Assembly (NCBI GenBank): GCA_024137785.1
Contig: JAHRHZ010000016.1
Coordinates: 33,879,339 to 33,943,338 of the forward strand
From: Ginglymostoma cirratum
Taxonomy: Eukaryota
DNA: 64,000 bases
Direction of reading: 5' to 3'
Made by a program: the position numbers and the translations under genes. Of this stretch, positions 24,196 to 37,606 are shown piece after piece. How positions within the stretch are numbered: position 1 is the stretch's first letter; every line of letters begins with the position of its first letter. The notes under the pieces were generated by a model that did no database searches, was not told the origin of the DNA, and saw nothing but the letters and a program-made list of their open reading frames with translations.

Positions 24196-26247
24196 TATAC
24201 CTGAATTATTTTGTTTTGGAGTGTCAGTTAGTTTGTGTACTCAACACAGTACAAATATCGGATGGGCACAAGATGGATTTTTCCATTCAAGTATATTACG
24301 AAAGCAAAGACCTTGTTGAACTTACTAAAGTGAATAGATTTTGGGCTGAATCTTAGATTTTTTTGGTTAGGTGCAAGTTGTGTCGAGTTGGTCAGTGATG
24401 TCTGGGACAGGGAGGTACACAGCCAACAAGGGGCCAATGTATTAAGATAACCAGGATGACTATGGACCCTGCAGGTCTGTGTCCCATACAATACATGGGT
24501 CTGGGTAATGTTCTTTCCTTTAAACACCCTGGTGCTTAATCACAATGGTAAGTCTTGCAGCCCCTTCCTCACGAGTCCCTCACAGGTCAAGAAATTCACC
24601 AAAGCCACTCCAAAAGTGATCTTGGCCATTTCCTTCCCCATTGCACACATTTGATTTCCCAGCCTAATGGAAAGTGACATAGAGTGAGCGATCCTTGGCC
24701 ACTGTGTGTTTACGAGCTCCAAGTTTCCAAATTCCTTTCCTTGTCACTTTTCCTGTAAACTCTATAGCCTTCACACCTCCCCAGGTCCCCAGCCAACCTG
24801 TCCATATGACCCTGCACCAGCCCAAATTTCACCCCCAGCATATGAGGTGACTGTATCACATCATACACTCACCCATCGCTTGAAGTCAGGGTACTTCTGA
24901 CTGTGGCTAAACCCAACCCTCCACCCCCACCACATGATCCTCTTTTTCACATGCTTTACTGTACATCCACTTGCAAATACTATTGCCTCCTACCCCAAAC
25001 CCACCACCCCTTCATAACTGTCATTCCTATAGCCCCCAGCCAGGGGTTCTGAAGAATAACTTGCCTGTCTCCTTCCTGTGGCAGTGGCCCCTTGTCCACA
25101 CTGGTGTCAAGCTGTTGGAGCTGCATTCATCCAGACGACTGGGGAGTATTTTATCACATTCCTAATCTGTGCCTTGCAGATGTGGCGGGCTTTAGGGAGT
25201 CAAGAGATGAGTTACCTTCTGTGGAATTTCTAGCCTCTGACTTGCTCTTGTAGCTACAGAATTTATATGATTATTTCTGTTACTGATCAGTGGTAACCCC
25301 CAGGATATTGATAGTGGGTGATTTAGCAATGGTAATTGGATGGCCATTGAATGTCAAGGCACAATGGTTAGAATCACTCTTGCAGGAGATTGTCATTGCT
25401 GGCAGTCACGTGTTGCAAATGCTTCTTGCTACTTATCAGCCCAAAACCGATATATTGTTTAGATTTCACTGCATTTGGTTATGGAGTGCTTCAATATCTG
25501 ATGTGTCACAAATTCTGCTGAATAGATATAGATAGAAATAGATATTTAAAGTTCTCTAGAAAATGGCCATATTATGTAAACCTGCGATTAGACAAAAGTC
25601 TAAAGTAGTCATTTGGTAACATTGAACTTGAGTATTGGTAGAAAAAGACATATTTTGTTGAAGCTTTTGTCTTGTATTCAGGATATCTCACAAGAAATAC
25701 AAGAAAAGGGAAATCAACATTAATACCAAATGAGAAAGAGTGCTGATTTGTGAACTTTGATTGGTAGATGCATTGCAATACAGAATGGATCAGTTCATGA
25801 TGACTAACAAATACATGCCAAGCTTTGTTAATACTTAATTCAGCGGTGTTGATGCTGATTGGTCAAGCCATTATCCTAAGAAGTGAAGCAAGGAGTGGTT
25901 TGCCACTGAAAGTCAAAGGATAATGGTTTGATTCTTTCTTGTTGGAGGTTGTCAGTTTCTCGTACTTTTGTAACACTGTTGTTATTCACCATTTGTCAGC
26001 CCAAACCTGGATATTTTCCAGGTTTTGCTGCATTTGGACATGGACTGCTTCAGTACAGTTCGATTGGTATATTATGGTCAGGTGCAGAATGAGCTCCAAT
26101 TCCTATGGTAACTTTTAGAAGCTCTTAATGAGATGGGCAAACAGCCTGGTGAATCATAAATTCTGTACTAGAATATTGCAAACCTGCCTGCATAGTTTTT
26201 TAAAATCAGATTTCCATGATGTACTAATAAAATTGAACTATATAACT

Positions 26248-26926
26248 GTTGCCCCTTGACATTCAATATCATTACATCACTAAATGCACCACCAGAAACA
26301 TCCTGGTGGCTACCATTGACCAGAAACTGCACTGAACTATCTATATCAGTACTGTGGCTACAAGAGCATGTCAGAGGCTAGGAATCATATGAGTAATTCA
26401 CCTCCTGACTCCCCAGAACTTGACCACAGGGCACAAGTCAGGGGTGTGATGGAATGCTTTCCAATTGCCTGGATGACTACAGCTCCATCAACATTCAAGA
26501 AGCTTGACACCATCCCGAACAAACCAGCTAACTTGATTGACACCATATCCACAAACATTCACTTCCTCCAACACTAATGTTTAGTAGTAGCAGTATGTAC
26601 TATCTAAGAGCACTGCAAAAATTCACCAAGCTCCTTAGAAAGCACCTAACAAATCTACAACCACTAGTATCTAGAAGGGCAAGGGCAGCAGATACATGGG
26701 AATACCACCATTTGCAAGTTCACTTCCAAATCATTCTTAGAAATAAAGTGCTGTTCATTTAATAAGACTGGATCAAAATCCTAGAATACACTCCCTAATG
26801 TCATTGTGGATCTACCTACAGAAAATGAACTGCAGTGGTTCAAGAAGTCAACTCACCACCACCTGCTCAAGGGCAATAAATACTGGCCCAGCCAGTGAAA
26901 CCCATATCACATGGATGAATAAAAAA
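26248..26926 (+). mobile_element. LINE 3' fragment (same family as 34460-36585, 61380-62075 and 63040-63385)
   Basis: RAQVRGVMECFPIAWM..KKLDTI (post-RT region) and the shared tail gggcaataaatactggcccagccag...atgaataaa. Confidence 0.7.
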
Positions 26927-27437
26927 AAAGTTGATTTGATTCCAATGCATCACACCAACAGCACTTTGGAACTATCCCTAAGAGATGCCAAGAAAAGTTG
27001 CAATTAGGTAGTCATTATACTAACTAGGTTTGACACCTTGTTAAGTGGACAACAGATGCCAGAAACATTTCAGGAGCAGCACAATGAACTTATTAGTATT
27101 GTCTTCCAGATAAACCATAACGTGGCCGTACACAATGAATAGTAGCACAATTGAAGTTTGTTCCACGGCATCCAACTATACTTCTTTAATAAGGCAATAT
27201 ATTTATAGATACTGAGATGATAATGAGGATATTGCCTTTATTAAAGAGTATGGTACAGTTACAATAATTACATCCTGAATAAGGGTCACTGAACTTGAAA
27301 TGTTAACTCTGTTTTCTCCGCAGTGATGCTACCAGATCTGCTGAGTTTCTCCAGCGATTTCTATTTTTGGTTCAGATTTCCAGCATTTCTTTGTTTTAAT
27401 TGTATTAATCTCTGAGTGTTGGAGTTCAGGGAGAATA

Positions 27438-27498
27438 GACTACAATTCCCAGCTTGCCTGGGCAGACTGAATGACACGTGGTTTCCGGGCGCCATGTT
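27438..27498. promoter_or_regulatory. Housekeeping promoter module upstream of UBL3
   Basis: GACTACAATTCCCAGC (ZNF143/THAP11 motif) 27438-27453, E-box CACGTG 27475-27480, ETS TTCCGG 27483-27488 and YY1 CGCCATGTT 27490-27498, at the edge of a CpG-rich stretch running to about 28060. Confidence 0.7.
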
Positions 27499-28135
27499 GC
27501 TGGGTGCCGGTTATAATCATGAGGGAAGGTGAACCTGTGGTCATGGTTCATCTGTAGCTCACTGTTTATAGAGGGTGAATGGTTTTAAATCTAACTCCGA
27601 TTAATTGTGCGCGACAGTTGTCAGCTAGCGACAGGTTTTGTTATCAGGAAGAAGTGGTGAGAGGTTGTTCGCCGGCTGGGGCTCGGGCTCGGGCTCGGGC
27701 AGGCGGGCAGGGGGCAGGCTACGCTGAGGAAGGGGCTTGTACCAGTGCGGGATGCGATAGGACACAGCCCCCAGGCCAGGCTAACTCCTCACCCCCTTAT
27801 ACCAATACCTAATGATAAGGTGTATTTCGGAATTCACTGACAACGCCGCTTACTGTAAAAGGAGGAGATCGAAATCTGGGAATTCCCGGCGGCGATCGGC
27901 AGGTTGTTTCCAGTGTCAGGGCAGAGCACCTGCCCACAAATTGGCCTTTCAGAGTGAGAGACTGCGGGCAGCTGCGGATTCTGTGCCTTCCCAAGTCTGG
28001 ACTCTTTTCAAATATTGGAGGACCCTCCCAGTTCCGATTAAAGACACTCGTCTTCTGGCCGTTCCCCTCCCTCCAAAGAAAATAAAATCAAAGTTAGATA
28101 TTGGGTGCTATAGTTAATTAACAAACGTCTCCAGG

Positions 28136-28159
28136 ATGGCTTCTACATCTAATGATAAG
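28136..28159 (+). CDS. UBL3: UBL3-family protein, coding exon 1 (MASTSNDK)
   Basis: Kozak aggATGg, donor AAG|GTGGGT, phase 0 matching exon 2; lies at the end of the CpG-rich region. Confidence 0.8.
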
Positions 28160-29599
28160 GTGGGTTGCTGTATATAGTTTTAACTTGGTTGACTAATTGT
28201 CAGTTTTGTTTTATTTTCAGATTTGATAAACTTACTTTGGTTTGTTGTTTGAAGGTACTAATGCTGTTGGAATGGTTCAACAGCTGCTCTTGGAAATAAT
28301 CTGCATGTTTGAGTTTGTGAGTATTTATGGTTCAGCCATTGACAGCATCTGGGAGGAAGACAGATGCAATAATAAATGTGTGAAATGAAAACAATAGCTT
28401 TGGTTGCCCATTGTGCAGCCATGAAATTTGGAAGTTCTCCTGACTGGATGTTGAACAAGGAGTCTGACGTCTCTGGAAGGAAATGTGTGGGTCTAAGTGA
28501 GATGGTGACCTTGTAGAATTGAATGATTTGGTGGCTGTTTGTTTGTTTGTTTAAAGCAGAGTGTAGGAAGATGTAACAATAGGCAATTTTGTTCTATCTC
28601 TGAGGCTGAGCAGAGGAAGTCATTTACAGTGTGCATGAGCATGTGAAACTGGGTACTCATCAAGAAATTGCTAACAGTGATAGAGAGGTCAAATAGGAGA
28701 AGGACGTAAATCTAAACCAAAACTGGAAGCGTGGCCTGGTGCGGAATCTGATGCTGAACCTTTACCTAGGTACATTTGTACCCAAGACGGTACCATGAGT
28801 GGTGACTTTGTAAACTTGTCACTGCACTCGTGAGTATGTTTCTAATTCCTAATTCTAAATTCAATGTAGCAGTTAGCGGATATATGGCTTTCTGGGGGCA
28901 TAGAAGTAATAGATGCTACTGATATGTTTTTTTGTGTGAAAAAGTAATTATAAACTGCTTGTCCTCTGAGGGGAAAAGTGATGAATGTGGTAGTTGATAT
29001 TGGAGAAAGGAAGATGGTGGTTATTTATCAATTTTGATTAATCCTAGTGTAGCTGGCAATTTTTGCAAAGGAATTAAGTCTAATAGTTTAATGTAATCCA
29101 AGCTGATTGTGTCTTGGATAGCTAAACCACTGATACACTGGATGCGTTCCAATCTTGGACTGCAGGGTAATTCTTGAGGAGGTGGGTGGTTTGGCTAAGT
29201 AGATTGGATGGCAAACATGCTGGATTAACACCGACATGCAATTCAATCCTTCTTCTGGTGGCGATAGATTGTGTCCTTGCCCTTTTTAAATTTTAGGTGA
29301 AGCCTGGATGTCATTTATCTTTATTTGCAATTAGATAATGAAATGCTGAGCACCTTTATTCACTTGTTGGAGGAAAGCCAAGTTACTCAACAGGAGTGAA
29401 ATGACAGTTGGAATGTGTTGATGAGAGTGGCAAAACATGTGCATGGAAAGGAACATGGCAAAGGATCGAGGATTGTGTGGGCAGATAGCATATCATGTGA
29501 ATGGAGACAGGTAGTTGGATTGAATGGATGAGATAACTACTTGTTGCAACATACTGCATCTCTGATCAGAAGATAGGTGAATCTGGCTCTAACTTACCA

Positions 29600-30270
29600 T
29601 TGCCCTTCTTGGATCCTTTGTCTTCTTTTAAATTATCAACTACTTGTCTCGTGCTCACTCAGTACTGAACTAAATATTAGTAAAATTGAGACCATAACCT
29701 TCAATTCATTCTGCAAACTCTGTTCCTTAGCTGTTGATACCATCTTTTTCTGGCAACCTGTGAGGCTGAATTAGATCCTTAATAACGTTGGTGTCATTTT
29801 GATCTCGAGGTGTGCTTCCAACCTCTCACGTGCCATCACTAAGATCACCTATTACCGTCTTGGTAGTCAACTTACTTTGGCTCAATCTGTCTGCCCTGAA
29901 ATCCTAAACAGTGCCTCTGTTACTTCTAGGCCTGTCTATTCCACCCCACTCCTTGCTGCTATTTTATCCCCTGTGAACTTGAGGTAATTAAGAACCCACC
30001 TTGTGGCCAGTATTGTCTCTTGGTTAAGCAGTGCCACAATTATCAAATTCACTTCCGTGCTTTTGAATATCTCCATATCCCTCTCTACCCTTGTATTGTT
30101 CTCTAGCTTATGACTCTCTGATATATCTTCATTCTTAACCCATGCTCAAAGTCATAATTATCTATTGGCCTAGCTTTTAATCATCTGCCCTAAAATACCT
30201 TGCGTGGCTCAAATTTTGCTTTAAAGCATTTTGGGACACCTATTAAAGACATATGTAAGGTTATACAAGT
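29600..30270 (+). mobile_element. Old L2-type LINE remnant
   Basis: LNISKIETITF and VTSRPVYSTPLLA resemble the L2 motifs LNxSKTE and VTSRLDYSNxLL. Confidence 0.5.
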
Positions 30271-30499
30271 ACAAGCTGTTGATACAAAGTAGTCCAAAAT
30301 TATAAACTGTGGAGAGAGAAACAGTAAGGTTTTCAAGTCTGAAAAGACTGTTCAGAACTAAAGTCATATCGGACTCAAAACATTAACTTTGTTTTTGTCT
30401 GCACTGATGCGCCAAACCTGCCGAGTTTCCCCAGCATTTTGTTTGCTTTATATCACCTGACATTAGCATATGCACTAATGAGCGGCATATTCTGCCCCA

Positions 30500-31440
30500 A
30501 TCAATGTAGCAAACTTCCCGTCAGTAACATCAGGTGGCTTGTGCCACAATTGGATGAGCTGTTCCACAGGGACGTCGAACAACAGGCTGATATAGCCATA
30601 CTTGCTGAATCATATCTTGCAATCAATGTTCCACCCTATCCTGACTAGTCCTATCCTACTATAAGTAGGACAGCTCACCAGAGGCATATAGTTAAAAGTA
30701 GTGGCTGGGGGAATTCTTAACTAGACTATGGATTCCATGAAGCGTCATGGCATTGGGTGAAACATGAATGAGGAAACCAACTGCCAGTTACCAACTAAGG
30801 CCCTGCCTCTACTGATGAAATGATGCTCTTCCATGATGATTATTACTTGGATGTAGCACAGAGGTTAACAAAGACAATGTACACTAGACATGCATCTTCA
30901 GGCTTAGTTAACACAAGGTGCTCTGTAGCACTAGTACTGACCAAACTTACTAAATCATAAAGGATGGCCGCTACTCTGTCCTGCAGCAGAGGGTGAGAAA
31001 GGCAGCAAACGAGCATATATATGTCATTGTCCTCACTGCTTTATCTGTTACAGATGCACCTGTCCATGGTGGTATTAGTAAGAATTCCCACCACATTGTC
31101 ATTGCAGAGATGAATTGCTGTCTTCGCACTGAAGATAACGTGGCATTGTACTAAATGAGACAGATTCAGAGTAGATCTCGCAGCTCAAAATTGGGAATTT
31201 GAGACATTATCAGCAACAGCAGAATTTTCACAATCTGTAACCTTCACTCTACCATTGCCATCCAGCAATAGATCTGATTCTGGCTCAGTGAGGAATATGG
31301 GAGGAGTCAGGAACAGCATAGGGTGTGCCAAACTAATAAATCCACAGCACAAGGCTACTATGCATGCTAAACAGTAGAAGAAAAATGCTAGCAACAGAAC
31401 TAAGTGATCCCATAATTGATGTAGCTGGTCAGAGCACTGT
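30500..31440 (+). mobile_element. LINE APE-endonuclease remnant
   Basis: NIRWLVPQLDELF..DIAILAES matches the APE N-terminal motifs; homologous to 34790-35720. Confidence 0.6.
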
Positions 31441-32539
31441 AGGTTTGGATTGTGCTGTTGGAGGAGCCATGGTGCGTTGCTGCGTGCATCTTGTAGGTGA
31501 TATACACCACTGCCACTAAAATGGTGGATGGTGTATCAATCTAGTAGGCTGTTATTTATGGTGTTGAGCTTCTTGATTTGCTGATCCTGCTGTAATCCAG
31601 GGAAGTGATAGTATGTCCATCACACTTTGAGCTAGCGACTTGTCAACAGTGGACAGGATCTGGGGACATGCGATTAAGCATAATTTAAAAACTCTGCCAA
31701 CTCTGCATCAACCTTGGCATTTGATTCGGATACATGCATGTGTAGGCTATCAGATGCCACAGAAACAACTTCCTTTGCATCTCTAGCTACTTGTGCCAAA
31801 GTTGAGAGAGCTGTCAGAGTTGAGCAGAAGTCTGTCATGATCATCATACGCTCAGAATCATAGCTGTCAGCCAAATGCCGGTTGCCTATGTTTGTCATCT
31901 CTTAGTAAGTTTTACCTTACTGGTGGTAACATACTGTCAGTCAGGGGTGGCCCTGGAAGTCTGCACCACTGATTGCAGAGCCCCTTATATCTTGTTAAAT
32001 TGGGTCAGAAGTGGGCAAAGCAATCTCTGGGTGATAAATTAGCACTCCATATTTGAACTGCATTTGGAAGATGCACTGCGGATAGCAAGAGCTGCCAGAA
32101 TGTTGGCCAGCAGCTACAAATCATTTTGCAAGGTGAAATTAAAGCATTGAATCTCTTATAGCAACACTTGTAGTTGATGGCATATGTCCTTGTTAGATTT
32201 ATAAAACTGTGGTCCTAAAGTTTATTATTAATCATTGCCTTTATAGTGTAATGAGGAATATATTAAAGTAACAAAGAATGTCATGCTTATACTGGGTTTC
32301 CAGTAGTCTGATTGCTGATGTAACTAACAAAGAGAGTAATGGTGAAAAGGGAGCTCGTACTTTCAGCACTGTAAACATGATATTTAATCATTCCAGCTAT
32401 TCTCTTCTCTGTTTTGTCCATGAGAGCAACTCTGATATTTAACTTTGGATCAGATTAGAAGAGGAAATCAGAGCTTTGTGAGCAGCACATCTTCCAAAGT
32501 GTCTAACTTTTTAAATTGTAAGATTAGAAGTCTTATTTG

Positions 32540-33010
32540 TATATTGGAAAAGGTGCAGAGGAGATTTACCAGGATGTTGCCTGGTCTGGAGCGAAGGTCT
32601 TATGAGGAAAGGCTGAGGGACTTGGGTCTGTTCTCATTGGAGAGAAGAAGGCTAAGAGGTGATTTAATAGAGACCTACAAAATGATCAGAGGATTAGATA
32701 GGGTGGACAGTGAGAGTCTTTTCCTAGGATGACGACGTCGGCTAGTACGAGGGGGCATCGCTGCAAATTGAGGGGTGATAGATTTAAGACAGATGTCAGA
32801 GGCAGGTTCTTTACATAGTGGTAAGGGCGTGGAATGCCCTGCCTGCCAATGTAGTTAACTCAGCCACGTTAGGGGCATTTAAACAGTCCTTGGATAAGCA
32901 TATGGATGATGATGGGATAGTGTGGGGGGATGGGCTTAGATTAGTTCACAGGTCGGTGCAACATCGAGGGCCGAAGGGCCTGTTCTGCGCTGTATTGTTC
33001 TATGTTCTAT
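32540..33010 (+). mobile_element. Young 5'-truncated CR1-type LINE
   Basis: [35 protein letters not shown]; CpGs retained; (gttctat)n tail at 32997-33010. Confidence 0.85.
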
Positions 33011-34459
33011 ATGCTGAGGATTTCAATGGGTAGTTCAGCTATGCCAGTTGGAACCTTCAGTATCGCTGCCTTTTATTCTGATGCAATCCAAATTTATCAC
33101 ATTTATGTTCCCCTTTTTTTGTGTTCGATTGCAACTACAACAGCGATTCTAATCTACATTAAAATCATTCTTGTAATGCAAAGGAAACGTCATCTATAAC
33201 CAGGAGTACCCCCAAAAGCTTTCTTTTTCTAAAAATATTGTCATGAGCAAAGGGACTGTTTTGTCTGACTTCTTTTGAAGGGCCATTGTTGTACAGTGTC
33301 TGGGCGATGTCATTGACATTGATCAGAATATTTGCAGTTATTCTTGGGGGGTGATTGGTTTGTACGTGGAATCACTTTTATGAAGCTGGCCATCCATGAC
33401 ATTTCAGGTTTTTGTGTATTTTATTGATACTCTTTGGAACGTAATGTGAGTTTTCTATCTCAAAGTGGGTCAGTTCTGTTAATGACCATTTTAATTTCCT
33501 TAGCTGCCATATTGTCCATGTTGCTAACTAAATTGAATGACATTTTGTGTCAACATTTATGCTCGTTTCATTTTTCTCTCATCCCTGTTTGCGGACTGAT
33601 TTGTGATTTATGTGCAGTTGTATGGTTTCTCACTTACATTTAACATTCTGCACAGATGGACCTTCATTCATATAATGTTAGTGTCAAGAAAGAAGTTGAC
33701 AAATGTAAATCTGGTCCATTAGAATGCATATGAATTATTGTTGCTCTGCTAGATTAAGTATGTTATATGATGCAAAATAATCATTCAGTCCATGTAGCAT
33801 TGGAAGTGAGATTGCCAAATTGAGGGGAATGTTGTGATTTGAACTTGTTTCTGTCAGTAATTTAATTCCGAATGTAAATACTATCAACACTTGAAGTTAC
33901 AGCCAACACTGGAAGTGCAAGTGTCATTGCATGTGTCAGACAATCTGTATGGGCCGTGTTTTAACCTACTACAACTTTTTAAAACTTGACTTGTCGTGTG
34001 CTAGAGTGTGTTTGTGCAGTTTGATATTGCTTTTAATTAAAATGCTAGCTGTGTTTCTCCATTTATTGCTGTTCCATTTTTCACTCCGAATGTGTAATTG
34101 TATTCCAGTCTGAGAGTATCCCTTGTCTGGCTGTAACAGATGGCTCTGCAAGGACCAATGGCATGAACTCTGACTTTGACTTTGCTTGTACCTATTGTTC
34201 CCAGATATTTTGCTTTTGTAGCTGTCTGTAATCAGTGGCACCAGTCAGTTGCTTAGCTCTATAACTTGTAATCTATACTTCCCCTGCATTTTTCTTTTGT
34301 TTGTCTACTTTTCACATTTGTCATCCTTTGTACTTTTTACCCCAAACTTCTAATCCTGAAAAAAAAACTTTCTTTGCAATGTAACTGGTGCTGCTGGTGG
34401 AATATCTGCAGTTGTTTTAATATAGCATCCAATGCCTTAATTTTAGTGTACACTTCATC

Positions 34460-36585
34460 GGAAGATAATCTGGAGACCTGGGTTTAAAAACCACCATGGC
34501 AGATGAATTGGAATTCAATTAAAAAAAAAAAATCTGGAATTAAGAAACTATTTGTCAGTTGTTGGAAAAGTCTATCTGGTTCACTAATGCCTTTTGTAGG
34601 GAAGGGAGTAATGTGATTCCTGTGACACAAGACTAATGTGATTTAACTTGCAAGGCCATCTCAAAAGCAATTAACAATCATGATAAAGTTTTTAAAGAAA
34701 AAATGAAACCTGACGGACCACTTGGCATCTACCTAAGCACTGAAGAAGACCATGACGAGCACAGTCGTGTCAAACCAACAAAGTCCATTCCTAACATTGA
34801 GAGGTGATTGGTGGCAAAATTGGGAGAACTCTCTCAGACTAGCTGAGGAGCAGTCATACCCACAGAATCATGTCTTTTACAGACAATGTCCTGTATGCTA
34901 CCATCACCATCCCTGGATATGTCCTGACCCACCGGCAGGACAGTCCAAGCAGAGGTAGTGGCACAGTGGTAAACATTCATGAGGGAGTTTCCCTTGTTTT
35001 CATCAACATTGTTTCTGGACAGTGTGTAATCTCATAGAACCGGATAAACATAGGCCAGAAAATGTCATGCTAATTAACACATGTACCATCCTCCCTCCGC
35101 TCATGAATTGGTACTCCTCCACTTGGTCTAGCAAGCCGCACTGTGGATCTACCACCAAGAGTAGCTCGGCAGCAGCACTGATATTGGACATTGCTACTAG
35201 ACTAGATTTGTGGCAGGTGGTGAGGGAACCAACAAGAGAGAAGGACAAACTTGATCTCCTTAATATTCTGGCTGCCACAGATGCATCTGTCAGTATTGGT
35301 AAGAGGACTACTGTACGCTGTTGTGGAGCTGAAGTCTCACCTTTAAATTGAGAATCTCTTCCATTGTGCTGTATGGTTCCATCACTTTGCTAAATGGGAC
35401 AGACATTGATGCAACTGGACATTCATGAGGCACTCTATGTTGTCAACAGCAGAATTGTCCTCCAATACAATCTGCAGTGTCATGCACTACACCTTAGCTT
35501 TATTATAATGGTAGAGTGGCAATCAACCCTTCTTCAGTGAAGAACCAGGGAATGGAGGGCATGCCAGGTGCAGTGCCATGCATACCTAAAAAATGAGGTG
35601 TCTACCTGGTGAAGCGCATTTCAGGATGACTAGCATGGCGACTAGCATGGCAACTAGCATAAGAGGAAGTGAAAAGAGATGTATGTGATTTCCACAACCA
35701 GTGGATCAGGTTTAAGCTCTGCAGTTCTGCTACATCCAGTAGTGCATGGTGAACAACTAAATTACTCTCTGGAGGAGGAGACTACACAAACACTCCCATC
35801 CTTAGTGATGGGAGAGCCCAGCACTTTGGTGCAAAATATAAGACTGAAGCATTTGTCAAACCTTTGGCCAGAAGGGCCGAGCAGATGATCTATCTCTGCC
35901 TTCTCAAGAGGAGCCCAGCATCATGTACCAGTCTTCACCCAATTTGATGCACTCCACATGAAGCTCCAAAACATGCTATAATCCCAGCCAAGCTGTTCCA
36001 GTACAGCTACAACACTGGCATCTACCTGACAATAAGGATAATTGCCCAGGTGGGTGTCGTGTGCTGTCTGCTGTCACTAATCAGTTAAGTGATGGAATGG
36101 GTTATCAATAGTGCTATCCAGCAGCACATGCTCAGCAATAACCTGATCACTGCTCAGTGTGAGTTCCGCCAGTACCGTTCAGCTCCTGACCTCAGTACAG
36201 TCTTGGTCCAAACAGTCGAAGGAACGGAATTCCAGTGGTGTGGTAAGGTGAAAGTGACAGTGCTTGACATGAAGGCTGCATTTGACCAAGTGTCACATCA
36301 AGAAGCTCGAACAAAAATGGAAATTGGATGAGAAAGCTTTGGCACAAAGGCTGAATATGGTTGGAAGTCGGTCATCTCTGCTCCAAGATATCTTTCAGCA
36401 GGTATTCCTCTACCCCAACCATCTCTAGCTGTATTACTAGGCCAGAATCCTGGGACTCCCAAATGGCACTATGGATCTGCTACACCAAATCGGCTGCAAT
36501 GGTTTAAGAAGGCAGTACACCTCCTTCAATGGTAACTAGGCCATAAATGCTGTCCCAGAGTCAGCAATACCCCATCCCATGAATT
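34460..36585 (+). mobile_element. Decayed LINE (EN-RT) whose 5' end matches the local tRNA-derived SINE head
   Basis: 5' gacctgggttt..ccaccatggcagatg..ctggttcactaatg as in the SINEs at 39405 and 40432, then APE and RT remnants (VLDMKAAFDQVSHQ), and the shared 3' tail. Confidence 0.6.
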
Positions 36586-36827
36586 TTTACAAAACAAGGT
36601 TCCAAGGTAACCAAATATATGAATCCAAACAACTTTTGTCTTTGATTTGTATCTGTTTTGTGTTTTTTTTTTATTTCCATACTGTAAAATTGCTCCCTTG
36701 CACAATTACAAGGATCACAAAGCTTTTTTTGTCAGCCCTCTTGTATTCTGTTTCCAGCAGAACTCTATAGAAGCCATTAATATTTTACAAGCTTTGTCAG
36801 TTTGTCCTATAATTAACAAAGACAAAA

Positions 36828-36917
36828 GATGAAGGGTCTAGGCCTGAAACGTCAAGCTTTCCTGCTCCTATGATGCTGCTTGGCCTGCTGTGTTCATCCA
36901 GCCCCACAACTTGTTAC
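36828..36917 (+). mobile_element. Penelope terminal-repeat fragment, truncated inside the hammerhead core
   Basis: gatgaagggtctaggcctgaaacgtcaagctttcctgctcctatgatgctgc...; same family as 13277-13375. Confidence 0.75.
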
Positions 36918-37606
36918 CATGTCACCTGAGTTTGTTTTTCTTGAGTCATTTAAAGAGTGCAAGCACTTTTTTTTTTTGAATGTAGTTAGCCTGGAAAATC
37001 TATTCTGTGAATTGCACTTAGACTCTGCTCAAAAGTACTTTTCTCTTAAGGTATTTTTTTTTTTCTTGCCACTGACGTATGCAGTACTGTAACTGTTGTG
37101 TAGTTGCTATTTAACACGTCAGCAGGTTACTTAACTGCTGTGCTGGGAAGCATTATGACTGATTCTTGTCTTCCCTGTCATCTATAAATACACATTTCCA
37201 GTGACTATCCATACATAGAAAGCCTTGCTTCTCTATTTTAATTACTATCTCCTTCTCTTGACCCCATCCAAGCACCACTGTCATTGATTCATGGCTCACT
37301 CCATTGAAAAAATTGCAAACCAACTACATCACCCACACAGATTAGCTAACTTATAGTTTAAAATACCATAATTTTGTGCAATTTAATTGTACTGGATTAT
37401 GCAGCTATGTGGACGTCTGGTGAGAATTTTGTTTTCATTTTTCAACTGGTCACTTTTTTTTTGTCCAAGATGAATCTTGCTGAAATGTTTGAGGCTTGCA
37501 GTCTCCTGTGGTCTGAGAGGGAGATTTGTTTGAGTTGTACTGGATACTTTTCTTTGTTTTGTAATTAGCCACAGTTTCATTTTCTCTCGTTTTCTATTGT
37601 CTACAG

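Larger units (their letters stand above)
17270..25838 (+). pseudogene. Decayed multi-exon protein-coding gene of unknown identity (at least 7 exons)
   Basis: Exons about 17270-20712 (split by an LTR and a CR1), 20786-20975, 21731-21975, 22510-23712 (split by a SINE), 23842-23952, 24228-24365, 25682-25838. AG acceptors, GT donors (one GC), intron phases 0,1,0,0,0,0 all matching. Protein-like translation with scattered stops and frameshifts. 5' boundary uncertain. Confidence 0.72.
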
